A DNA stretch of 64,000 bases from the human T2T-CHM13v2.0 reference genome, Homo sapiens, in the NCBI RefSeq assembly GCF_009914755.1, contig NC_060940.1; one strand, 5' to 3'. Position numbers and translations under genes: made by a program. Positions 29,301 to 44,300 of the stretch are shown piece after piece. The first letter of the stretch is position 1. Each line of letters begins with the position of its first letter. The notes below the pieces were generated by a model that was given only the letters and a program-made list of their open reading frames with translations, was not told the DNA's origin and ran no database searches.

Positions 29301-32300
29301 AATGGAATCATCCTCGAATGGAATCGAATATTATCGTCATCAAAAAGAATCAAATGGAATCATCATCGTGTGGACCCAAATTTAATCAGCATTAAATGGA
29401 ATGGAATGAAATCATTTAAAGGACTTGAATGGAATCATCATCGAATGGAATCGAATGGAATCATCTAATGGACATGAAAGGAATCATCATCGAATGGACT
29501 CTAATGGAATCATCCTCGAATGGAATCGAATAGAATCACCATCAAATGGAATCGAATGGAATCATCATCGAATGGATTTGAACGGAATCTTAATCGAATG
29601 GAATCGAATGGAACCATCAACGACTGAAATCGAATAAAATCATTCAATGGAATTGAATGGAATCAATGAATGGAAGCGAACGGACTCATCTTTGAATGGA
29701 ATCGAATGGAATCATCATACGGAATTGAATGAAATCATCATCGAATGGAATAGGATGGAATCGTCGAATGGAATTGTATGGAATCACCATTGAATGGAAT
29801 GGAATGGAATCATCATTGAATGGAATTGAATGGAATCATCGAATGGGCTCGAAATGAATAATCATTGCATAGAATCCCATAGAATAATTGAAAAGTGTCG
29901 AATGGAATCATCAACGAATGGAACAGAATGGAATCATTGAATGGACTCGAATGGAATCATCATCGAATGGAATCAAAAGGAATCATTGAATGGATCCGAT
30001 TGGAATCATCATCAAATGGAATTGAATGGAATCATCAAGGAATGGAATCGAATGGAATCATCATCGAATTGAATCGAAAGGAATCCTCATTGAATGGAAT
30101 TGATTGAAATCATCATTGAATGGAATCCTCTTCACATGGAATCAAATTGAATCATCATCAAATTGAATCGAATGGAATCATCATCGAATGGAATTGAAAG
30201 GAATCATCATCGAATGGAATTGAATGCAGTAATCATTGAATGGCATCGAGTGGAATCATCCAGTGGAATTGAATGGCATCATCAACGAGTGGAATTCAAT
30301 AGAATCATCAAATGAAATTGAATGGAATCATCATCGAATGGATTCTAATATAATCATCATTGAATGGAATCGAATGGAACCATCAATGACTGGAATTGAA
30401 TGGAATCATTGAATGGAATCTAATGGAATCATCAAATGGAGTCGAACGGAATAATCATTAAATAGAATCGTAAGGAATCATCATATGGAAACAAATGAAA
30501 TCATCAACGAATGGAATCGAAGGGAATCACGAATGGAAATGGATGGCATCACCCTTGAATGGAATGGAATGGAATCATCATCGAATGGAATCAAATGGAA
30601 TCATCGAATGGATTCGAGTGGTATCATCATCGAATGGAATTGAGTGGAGTCAACATCGAGTGGACTCGAGTGGAATCATCATTGAATCGAACTGAATGGA
30701 ATCATCAAATGGACTCGACTGGAGATATCATAGAATGGAATCGAAGGGAATCATTGAATGGACTCGAATGGAATCATCAATTAATGGACTGTAAGGGAAT
30801 CATCATCAAATGGATTCTACTGGAGTCATCATCAAATGGAATAGAATGGAATCATCATCGAATGGACTGTAAGGGAATCATCATCGAATGGATTCTAATG
30901 GAATCATCATCGAATGGATTCTAAAGGAATCATCATCGAATAGAATCAAATGGAATCATCATCAAATGCAATTGAATGAAATCATCATCAAATGGACTTG
31001 AATGGAACCATTGTATGGAATCGAATTAAATCATCATTGAATGGAATCGAATGGAATCATCGAATGGAATTGAAAGGAATCACCATTGAATGGAATCGAA
31101 TGGAATCATCATCAAATGGAATTGAATGGAATCATCGAAAGGACCCAAATGGAATCATGTTTGAATGGAATTGAGTGGAATCATCAAACGGACTCAAACG
31201 GAAACATCATCGAATAGAATGACATGGAATCATGGAATGTACCCTAATGGAATCATCATCAAATGGAATCAAAAGGAATCATTGAATGGACTCGAATGGA
31301 ATCATCATCAGATGGAATCAAATGGAATCATGAAGAAATGTAATCAAATGGAATCATCATAGAATGGAATCAAATGGTAACATCGAAAGTACACGAATGG
31401 AAACATCATGGAAAGTAATCGAATGAAACCATTGAATGGACTCGAATGGAATCATCGAATGCACTTTAATGGAATCATCATCGAATGGAATCACATAGAA
31501 TAATCATCGAATGGAATCGAATGGAATCATCACTGAGTGAACTCGATTGGAATCAGCATCAAATGGAATGCAAGGGAATCATTGAATGGACTCGAATGGA
31601 ATCATCAAATGGAATTGAATGGAATCTTCTAATGGCCCCGAATGGAATCATCATCGAATGGAATCGAATGGAATCATTGAACGCACTCGAATGTAACCAT
31701 GATCGAATGGAATCAAATGGAATCATCGAATGGACAAGAATGGAATCATCATCGAATGGAATCGAATGCAATCATAGAATGGAATCAAATGGAATAATCA
31801 TTGAATGGAATCAAATGGAATCGTTATCAAATGGAATCGAATGGAATCATCACCAAATGGAATCGAATTGAGAAATCAAATGGAATCTGCTGGAATCATC
31901 ATCGAATGGAAACGATTACAGTCATCATCGAATGGAATGGAATGGAATCATCATCAAAAGGAATCGAAAGGAATCATAGAATAGAATCAAATGGAATCAT
32001 CGAACGGAATTGAATGAAATCATCATCGAATGGACTCGAATGCAATTATCATCCAATGGAATTGAATGGAATAATCGAATGGACTCGAATGGAGTAATTG
32101 AATGGACTCGAATGGAATAATTGAATGGACCCAAATGGAATCATCGAATGGAATCAAATGGAATGATCAAATGAACTCAAGTGAAATCATCATCAAATGG
32201 ATTCGGATGGAATAATCGAATGGACTCGAATGGAACCATCAAATGGACTCGAATGGAATTATCAAATGGTCTCGAATGGAATCATCAAATGGACCCTAAT

Positions 32301-35300
32301 GGAATCATCATCGAATGGAATCTAATGGAATCATCTAATGGACTCTAATGGAATCATTGAATTGACTCGAATGAAAATATCAAATGGAATCGAATGGAAT
32401 CATCTTTGAATGGAATTGAATTGAATCCTCGAGTAGAATCAAGTAGAATTATGAAATGGAATTGAAGGGAATCATCATTGAATGGAATCAAATGGAATCA
32501 CCGAATGGAATCAAATGGAATCATCATTGAATGGAATCAAATGGAATCATCCAATTGACTCGAATGGAATCAACATCGAATGGAATCGAATGCAATCATC
32601 ATATGGACTTGAATGGAATCATCATCGAATGGAATCGAATGGAATCATTGAATGGAATTGAATGTAATCATCATCGAATGGACTTGAATGGAATCATCAT
32701 TGAATGGAAACAAATGGAATCATCATCAAATGCAATTGAATGGAATCATCATCGAATGGAATCAAAATGACTCATCATGAAACGGAATCAAATGGAATAA
32801 TCATGGAATGGAATGGATTGGAATCATCCAGTGGAATCGAATGGAATCAACATCAAAAGGAATAAAAAAATCATCGAAAGTAATTGAATAGAATCATCAT
32901 CGAATGGAATCCTCATCGAATGGAAACTAATAGAATCATCATCAAATGGAATCAAATGGAATCATCATGGAATGGGATCTAAAGGAATCATCATCAAATG
33001 GAATTGAATGGAGTAATCATCTAATGGAATTGAATGGAATCATGTAATGGACTCGAATGTAATCATCATCTACTGGAATAGAATAGAATAAACGAATGGA
33101 CTTGAATGGAATCATCATCGAATGGAATCGAATGGAATTATCAAATGGAATCAAATGAAATTATCGAATGGATTTCAATGGAATCATCAAATGGAATCAA
33201 ATGGAATTATCAAATGGAATCGAATGAAATCATCAAATGGAATTGAATGAAATCATCGAATGGAATAGAATGGAATAACCATCGAATGGATTCGAATTGT
33301 ACCATGACCGAATGGAATAGAATAGAATCATCACCAAATGGAATCAAATGGAATCATGGAATGAACTCGAATGGAATCATCCTCGAATGGACTCGAATGG
33401 AATAAACACCGAATGGAATCGAATGAATTCATTGAAAGGACTCAAATAGAATTCTCATTGAATGGAATAGAAGGGAATCTTTGAATGGAATTGAATTGAA
33501 TCATCAAATGGAATCGAATGGAATCATCAAATGGACTCCAATGGAATCCTCATCGAATGGAATCAAATGGAATCATAAAATGGTATGGAATGTCATCATC
33601 ATCAAATGAAATCAAATGGAATCATCATTGAATGCAGTCCAATTCAATCGTCAACGAATGGAATCGAATGGAATCAATCATCGAATGCGATCAAATGGAA
33701 TTATCATTGAATGGAATTGAAGGGAATCAGCGAAAGGAATCAAACTGAATTGTCAAATGGAATCAAATGGAATCATCAAATGGACTCGAATGGAAACATC
33801 ATTGAATGAAATCGAATGGACACTTCCAGTGGGCTCGAATGGAATTATTATAGAATGGAATCAAATGGAATCATTGAATGGACTCGAATAGAAACATCAT
33901 CGAATGAAATCGAATTTAATCTTTGAAAGGAATCAAATGGAATCATCATCTAATGGAATCATCTAAAGGACTGGAATGGAATCATCTTCGAATGGAATCG
34001 AATGGAATCATTGAATGGACTTGAATAGAAGCATCATCGAATGGAATCAAACAGAATCATCAAACAAAATCGAATGGAATCTTCATCGAATGGACTCAAA
34101 TGGAATAATCATGGAATGGAATCAAAAGGAATCATCCTCGAATGGACTCGAATGAAATCATCGAATGGATTCGAATGGAATCATCAAATGGAATTGAATG
34201 GAATCTTTGAATGGCCCCAAATGGAATCATCATCGAATAGAATAGAATGGAATAATCATGGAATGGAATCAAAGGGAATCATCTTCGAATGGACTAGAAT
34301 GAAATCATTGAATGGACTCGAATGGAATCATCGAATGGAATTGAATGGGAAATTCTAATGGCCCCGAATGGAATCATCATTGAATGGAACCGAATGGAAT
34401 CATTGAACGCACTTGAATGTAACCATGATCGAATGGAATCAAATGGAATCATCGAATGGAAACGAGTGAAATCATCATCAAATGGAATCGAATGCAATCA
34501 TATAATGGAATATAATGGAATCATCATTGAATGGAATCAAATGGAATCATTATCGAATGGAATCGAATGGAATCATCATCGAATGGAATCTAATGGAATC
34601 ATCATCTAATGGAATCGAATGGAATCATCAACGAATGGAATCGAATGGAATCAAATGGAATCTGCTGGAATCATCATCGAATGGAAATGATTGCAGTCAT
34701 TATCGAATGGAATAGAATGGAATCATCATCAAAAGGAATCGAAAGGAATCATAGAATGGAATCGAACGGAATCATCGAATGGAATCGAATGGAATCATCA
34801 TCGAATGGACTCGAATGCAATCATCATCTAATGGAATTGAATGGAATCATCGAATGGAATCAAATGGTATCATTGTCAAGTTGAATTGAGTGGAATCATC
34901 GAATGGAATCATTGTCGAATGGAATTGAATGCAATCAATGAATGGAACTGAATGGAATCACCAATGAATGCAATTGAATGGAATCATCATCGAATGGAAT
35001 CGAATGGAATCATCAGCGAATGGAATCATGTGAAATCATCTAATGGGCACGAATAGAATCATCCTCAAATGGAATCGAATGGAATCATCATCAAGTAGAA
35101 TTGAATGTAGTCACTGAATGGACTCGAATGGAATCGTCATCAAATGGAATCGAATGGAATCATCTAACGGACTCGAAAAGAATCATCATCAAATGAAATC
35201 GAATGGAGTCAACGAATGGACACGAATGGAATCATCATCGAATAGAATTCAATGGCATCAACAAATTGACTCAAATGCACTATAATCGAATTGAATCAAA

Positions 35301-38300
35301 AGCAATCATCGAATGGACTCAAATGGAATTATCGAATGGACTCAAATGGAATCATAGAATGGAACCGAATGGATTCATAATCAAATGGACTCAAATTGAA
35401 TGATCGAATGGACTCGAATGGAATCATCGATTGGACTCAAATGGAATTATCAAATGGGCTCAAATGGAAATATCAAATGGACTCAAATGGAATCATTATC
35501 GAATGGAATCAAATGGAATCAACGAATGGAATCGAATGGACTCATCAAATGGAATTGATTGGAATCATCATCGAATGGAATCAAATGGAATCATCAAATG
35601 ACTCGAATGGAATCATTATCGAATGGAATCAAATGGAATCATCGAATGGAATTGAATGGAAACATCGAATGGAATCGATCAGAATCATCATCGAATGGAA
35701 TCAAATGGAATCATTGAATGGAATTGAATGGAATCAGCATCGAATGAAATCAAATGGAATCAGCATTGAATAGAATCGAATGGAATATAGGAATGGAATC
35801 ATCATCAAATGGAGTCCAATGGAATCATCAAATGAACTCGAATGTAATCATCACAGAATGGAATTGAATGGAATCATCGAATGGAATAGAATGGAATCGA
35901 ATAGTATCATCGAACAGAATCGAATGGAATCATCATTGAATGGAATTGAAAGGAATCATCATCGAATGGAAACCAATAGAATCATCATCGAATGGAACCT
36001 AACGGAATCATCATCTAATGGAACTGAATGGAATCATCAATGAATGGAATCAAATAGAGAAATCGAACGGAATACATTGGAATTATCATTGAAAGGAACC
36101 GAATACAGTCGTCATCGAATGGAATCAAACGGAATCATCATCAAATGGAATCAAACGGAATCATCATCAAAACGAATCTAAGGGAATCATCGAATGGAAT
36201 CAAATGGAATAATCCAAAGAAATCAAATGAAATCATCATCGAATGGACTTGAATGGAATTATCATCGAATGGTTTCGAATGAGATCATCGAATGGACTCA
36301 AAAGGAATAATCGAATGGACTCAAATGGAATCATCGAATGGAATCGAATGGAATCATCGAATGGAATCGAATGGAAACATCATCGAATGGAATTGAATGG
36401 AATCATCCAATTCACTGGAAAGGAATCATTGAATGGACTCGAATGGAATGATCATCGAATGGAATCGAGTGGAATCCTCGAAGGAAATCAAATGGAATCA
36501 TCAAATGGAATCATCATCAAATGGAATCGAATGGAATCTTCGAATGTAATGAACGCAATCATCACTGACTATAATTGAATGAAATTATCATCAAATAGAA
36601 TCAAATGGAATCAAATGGAGTCATTGTCAAGTGGAATCGAGTGTAATCATTGAATGGAATCGAATGGAATAATTGTCGAATGGAATGGAATGGAATCAGT
36701 GAATGGAATTGAAAGGAATCACCAATGAATGGAATGGAATGGAATCATCATCAAATGGAATCATATAGAATCATCGAATGGATTCGAATAGAATCATCAT
36801 CAAATGGAATCATGTGGAATCATCAAATGGGCAAGAATAGAATCATCATCGAATGGAATCGAATGGAATCATCTTATGTGCTCGAATGGAATTACCATTG
36901 AATGGAATAGAATGGAATAATCGAATGGAATTGAATGGAATCATCATCGTATGGAATCGAGTGGAATAATCAAATGGACTCGAATGTAATCATCGGAGAA
37001 TAGAATCAAATGGAATCATCAAATGGACTCGAATGGAATCATCATCGAATGGAATCGAATGGAATCATCGAATGGACTCGAATGGAATCATCATCGAATG
37101 TAATTGAAAGGAATCATCAGATGGACTTGAATGGAATCATAGAATGGACTCGAATGAAATCATCATCGTATGGAATTGAATGGAATAATCGAATGGAAAC
37201 AAATGGAATCATCATTGAATGGAATCGAATGGAATCATCGAATGGAATTGAATGGAATCATCATTGAATGGAATCTAATGGAATCGTCATCGAATAGAAT
37301 CGAATGGAATCATCATTGAATGGAATCTAATGGAATCCATGTAATGGAATTGAATGGAATCATCAACGAATGCAATCAAATGGAGAAATCGAATGAAATT
37401 CATTAGAATCATCATCGAATGGAAGTGAATGCAGTCGTCATTGAATGGAATCAAATGGAATCATCATCGAATGTTATAGAATGGAATCATAAGCAAATGG
37501 AATCAAAAGGAATCATCATTGAATAGAATCGAATGGAATCATCATTGAATGGAATTGAATGGAATCACCCTCGAATAGAATCGAATGGAAACATCGAACG
37601 GAATTGAATGGAATCATCATTGAATGTAATTGAATGGAATCATCGAATGGAATCAAATAGAATCATTGAATGGAATTGAAAGGAATCAGCATCGAACGAA
37701 ATCGAATGGAATCATCATCAAACAGAATCGAATGGAATCATTGAATGGAATCATCATCAAATGGACCCGAATGGAATCATCGAATGGACTCAAATGGAAT
37801 CATCGAATGGAGCTGAATGCAATCATCATCGAATGGAATCAAATGGAATCATCAATGAATGGAATCGAATGGAATCACTGAATGGAATACAATGGAATCA
37901 TCATCAAATGGAACCGCATATAATCATCGAATGGACTCGAATTGAATCATGATTGAATGGACTCGAGTGGAATCATGATCGAATGGAATCGAATGGTGTC
38001 ATTGAATGGACTCAAATGGAATCATCGAATGGAATTGAATGCAGTCATCATTGAATGTAATGGAATGGAATCATCATCGAATGGAATTAAATGCAATCAT
38101 CATTGAATGTAATGGAATGGAATCATCATCGAATGGAATCTAATGGAATCATCATCGAATGGAATCTAATGGAATTATCGTCTAATGGAATCGAATGGAA
38201 TCATCAATGAATGGAATCGAATGGAGGAATCGAATGGAATCCGTTGGAATCATCATAGAATGGAACCAAATGCAGTCATCATCAAATGTAATCGAATGCA

Positions 38301-41300
38301 ATCATCATCGAGTGGAATCAAAAGGAATCATCAACGAATGGAATCAAATGGAATCATTGAATGGAATTGAAAGAAATCATCGAATGGAACCGAATGCAGT
38401 CATCCTCGAAAGTAATCGAATGCAATCATTGAACGGACTCGAATGGAATCATCATCGAATGAAATCAAATGGAATCATCGAATGGACTCGAATGCAATCA
38501 TTGACTGGACTTGAATGGAATCATCATCTAATGGAATAGAATAGAATCATCGATTGGACAAGAATGGAATTATCATTGAATGGAATCGAATGGAGTCATC
38601 GAACGAACTCGAATGGAATCATGATCGAATGGAATCGAATGGAATCATCTTCGAATGGAATCGAAAGGAATCATCATCGAATAGAATCGAATAGAATCAT
38701 CGATTGGAATCGAATGGAATCATCATCAAAAGTAATCGAAGGGAATCATCGAATGGAATTGAACGGAATCATCAAATGGAATTGAATGGAATCGTCATCG
38801 AATGTGATCACATGGAATCATCGAACGGACATGAATGGAATAATCAAATGGCTCGAATTGAATCATCGAATGGTATCAAATGGAATCATCGATTGGACTC
38901 TAATGGAATCATCATCAAATGGAATCGGATGGAATCAATGAAGGGGCTAGAATGGAATCATTGAATGGACTCGAATGGAATCATCTTTGAATGGAATCAA
39001 ATGGAATCATCGAATGGCTTCTAATGGAATCATCATTGAATGGAATCGAATGAAATCATCATCGGATAGAATGAAATGGAATCATCACAGAGTGGAATCG
39101 AATGGAATCATCATTAAATGGAATCGAATGATATCATCGGATAGAATCGAATGGAATCATCACAGAGTGGAATCAAATGGAATCATCGAATGGACTCGAA
39201 TGGAATCATCATCAAATGGAATCAGATGGAAACAAAGAAGGGGCTCGAATGGAATCATTGAATGGGCTCCAATTGAATCATCATCGAATGGAATCTTAAG
39301 GAATCATCGAATGGCCTCGAATGGAAACATCATAGAAATGAATCTAATGAAATCATCATCAGATGGAATCGAATGGAATCATCACTAAATGGAATAGAAT
39401 GGAATCGTCGAATGGAATTGAATGGAATCATCGAATGGAATCGAATGGAATCATCATAGGATGGAATCGAATGGAATAATCGAAAGAAATTGAATGGAAT
39501 CATCATCGAATGGAGTCAAGTGAAATCATCATCGAATGGAATCCAATGGAATCATCAATGAAGGGAATTGAATGGAATCATCATCGAATGGAATAGAAAG
39601 GAATCAACAACGAATGGAATCAAATGGAATCACTGAATGAAATCCAGTGGAATCATCATCAAATAGAAACGAATAGAATCATTGAATGGACTTGAATGGA
39701 ATCATCATCAAATAGAATCTTATGGAATCATCGAATGGACTCCTATGGATTCATCATCGAATGAAATCGAATGTAATCATAGAATGGAATCGAATGGAAT
39801 CATCATTGAATGGAATAGAATAGAATCATTGAATGGAATAAAATGGAATCATCAATGAATGGAATCGAATGGAATAATTTAATGGACTCGAATGGAATCT
39901 TCATCAAATGTAATCAAAAGGAATCATCCAAAAGACTCTAATGAAATCATCATTAAATGGAATTGGATGGAATCAACGAAGGTACTAGAATGCAATCATC
40001 AAATGGACTTGAATGGAATCATCATTGAATGGAATCAAATCGAATCATGGAATGGAATCGAATGGAATCATCATCGCATGGAATCAAATGGAATCATCGA
40101 ATGGAATTGAATGGAATCATCAAATGGAACCGAATGCAGTCATCCTCGAATGGAATCGAATGCAATCATTGAATGACTCGAATGGAATCATCATCGAATG
40201 GAATCGAAGGGAATCAGCAAATGGACTCGAATGCAATCATTGAATGTACTTGAATGGAATCATCATCTAATGGAATAGAATGGAATCATCGATTGGACAA
40301 GAATGGAATTATCATTGAATGGAATCAAGTGGAATCTTCGAACGAACTCGAATGGAATCATCATCGAATGGAATTGAATGGAATCATCAAATGGATTCGA
40401 ATGGAATCATCATTGAATGTAATCCACTGGAAACATCGAATGATCTCGAAATGAATCATAATCAAACGTTACTGAAAGAATCATCATCAAATGGAATAAC
40501 ATGGAATCATCATCAAATGGAATCATACGGAATCATCATAGAATGGAATTGAATGGAATCATCAGCTGGACTCAAATGAAATCATCAAATTTACCAAAAG
40601 GGAAGCATCGAATGGACTCGAACCGAATCAGCTTCGAATGGAATTGAATGGAATCATTGAAAGGCCTCGAATTGAATCATCAAATGGACTCGAACTGAAT
40701 CATTATAGAATGGAATAGAAAACAGTCAACAGATGGACTTGAATGGAATCATCATTGAATTGTATCAATTGGAATCATCGAATGCACACGAATGGAATCA
40801 TCATCGAATGGAATTGAATGGCATCATTGTATGGACTCGAAAGGAATGATCATCAAATGGAATCCATTGGAATCATCGGATGGAATCGAATGGAATTGTG
40901 GAATGGAATCGAATGAAATCATCTTTCAAAGGAATCGAATGGAATCAACGAATGGAATAGAAGGCAATCATCATTGAATGGAATTGAATGGAATCATCGA
41001 ATTGAATCGAATTTTATCACCATTGAATGGACTCAAATGGAATCATCATCAAATAGAATCAGAAGGAATCATCGAATGGACTCGAATGGAATAATCATCG
41101 AATACAATCAAATGGAGTCATCGAATGGACTCGAATGGAATCATCATCAAATGTAATTAAATGGAATCATCAAATGGAATCGAATGGAATTATCGTCGAA
41201 TGGAATCGAATAGAATCAGCAAATGAAATCAAATGGAATCAACATCGAATGGATTCAAATGTAATCACAGAATGGTATCAAATAGCATCATCATCGAATG

Positions 41301-44300
41301 GAATAGAGAGGAATCATCTAATTAACACGAGTGGAATCATCATCGAATGGAATAGAATGGAATCATCATCGAATGGAATCAAATGGAATGATCTATTGGA
41401 CATGAATGGAATCATCATTGAATGGAATAGAATGGAATCATCATCGAATGGTATCCAAAGGAATCATCAAATGAATCCGAATGGAATCACCATAGAATTG
41501 AATAGAATGGAATCATCATTGAATGGAATTGAATGGAATCATCTATTGCACTGCAATAGAAACATCATTGAATGGAAACATCTAGTGGACCGGAATGGAA
41601 TCATGATTGAATGGAATCAAATGGAAACAACGAATGGACACGAATGGAATCATCATCGAATATAATTAAAACAATTATCAAAAGGATTCAAATGGAAACA
41701 TTGAATGGACTCAAATGGAATCATCATCGAATGAAATCAAATGGAAACATCATCGAATGGAATTGAATGGAATCATCATCAAATGGAATTGAACAGAATC
41801 ATCATCAAATGGAATGGAATGGAATCATCGAATGGATTTGAATGGAATCATCATCGAATGGAATCGAATCTAATCTTTGATTGGACTTGAACGGAATCAT
41901 CAACGAATGGAATCGAATCTAATCTTTGATTGGACTCGAATGGAATCATCATCAAATGGAATCGAATCTAATCTTTGATTGGACTCGAACGGAATCATGA
42001 TCAAATGGAATCAAATGTAATCTTCGAACGCACTCAGATGGAGTAATCGTCAAATGCAATCAAAGGGAATCATCATAGAATTCAATTGAATGGAATCGTC
42101 ATCCAATGGAATCGAATGGAAGCCTCGAATGGATTAGAATTGAATCAACATCGAATGGAATCGAATAGAATCATCAAATGAAATCGAATGGAATCATCAT
42201 CGAATGGAATCGAATGGAATCATCATCAAATGGAATCAAATCGAATCATCATCGAATGGAATCATATTGAATCATCAAAGAATGGAATCAAATGGAATCA
42301 TCATTGACAGGATTCGAATGGAATAATCAAGAAATGGAATCGAATGGAATCATTGAATGGAATCCAATGTAATCATCATCGAATGGAATCCAATGTAATC
42401 ATCATCGAATTGAACCCAATAGAATCATTACATTGAGTCGAATGCAACCATCGAATGGACTCAAATGTAATCATCAATGAATGGAATAGAATGGAATCAA
42501 CGAATGGAACTGAATGGAATCATCATAGAATGAAATCAAATGAAATCATCGAATGGTCTCAATTGGTATCATCATCAAATGGAATCAAAAGGAATCAACG
42601 AATGGACTTGAATGGAATCACTGAATGGACTCGAAAGGAATCATCATCGAATGGAATCAAATGGAATCACCACCGAATGGAATTGAATGGTATCATCGAA
42701 TCGACTCTAATGGAATCATCATCAAATGGAATCGAATGGAATTATCGAATGGACTCGAAAGGAATCATCACCAAATGGAATCGAATGGAATCATCGAATA
42801 GAATCAAATGTAATAATCATCAAATGAAATTGCAATAAATCATGGAATGGACACGAATGGAGTCATCATTGAATGGAATCGAATGGAATCATGAAACAGA
42901 CTCATATGGATTAATCATCTAATGGAATGGAAAGGAATAATCAAATGAAATCAATGGAATCTTCATCGATTGAGATCAAATGGAATAATTGAATGGCACT
43001 GAATGGAATCATCATCGAATGGAATCAAATGGAACCATCTAATGGACACAAAAGGAATAATCATTGAATGGAATCGAATGGAAACATCGAATGGACACAA
43101 ATGAATTCATCACCGAATGGAATCGAATGGAATCACTAAGAAATCAAATCGAATAGAATCGTCATTGAATGGAATCGAATGGAATCATCGCACAGAAGAT
43201 AATGGAATCATCATCGAATGGAATCAAATAAAATCATCGAATGAAATCAAATGGAATCATCATCGAATAGAATCAAATGGAATCATCATCAAAAGTAATT
43301 GAATGGAATCATCGTCGAATGTAATTGAATGGAATCACCATTTAAAGGAATCGAATGGATTCATCATCAAATGGAACCGAACAGAGTCATCATCAAACGG
43401 AATTGAATGGAATCGTAATCGAATGGAATCATCAAATGGACACGAATGCAATCATTGACTGTGCTTCAATGGAATCATCATGGAATGGAATCGAATGGAA
43501 TCATCGAATGGGCTCGAATGGAATCATCATCGAATGGAAACAGATGGAATTATAGAATGGACTTGAATGGAATTATTGAATGGAATCGAATGGAATCATC
43601 ATTGAATGGAATTGAATGGAATCATCGAAAGGACTCGAATGGAATAATCATCGAACGGAATTGAATGGAATCATCGAATGATCTCAAATGGAATCATCAT
43701 CAAATGCAATCAAAAGGAAACATCAAATGGACTTGAGTGGAATCATTGAATGGACTCGAATGGAATCATCATTGAATGGAATCGAATGGAATCATGAAAT
43801 GGAAACGAATGCAATCACCATCAGATGGAATTGAATAGAATCATCATTGAATAGAATGGAATGGAATCCTTATCGAATGGAATCTAATGAAGTCATCATC
43901 GAATGGAATCTAGTGGAGTCATCATCTAAAGGAATCGAATGGAATCAGCAAGGAATGGAATCGAATGGAGAAATCGAATGTAATCCGTTGGAATCATCAT
44001 TGAATGAAACCGAATGCAGTCATCAGAGAATGGAAACGAATGGAGTCAATGAAGGGACTCGAATGGAATCATCATTGAATTGAATCGTATGGAATCATCG
44101 AATGGACTCGAATGGAATCATCGAATGTACTCAAATGGAAACAACATCGAATGGAATCGAATGGAATCATCGAATGGAAACGAATGCAATCATCATTGAA
44201 TGGAATCAAATGGAATCGAACGGAATCATAGAATGGACTCTAATGGAATCATCATGGAATGGAATTGAACAGAATCATCAAATGGACTCGAATGGAATCA

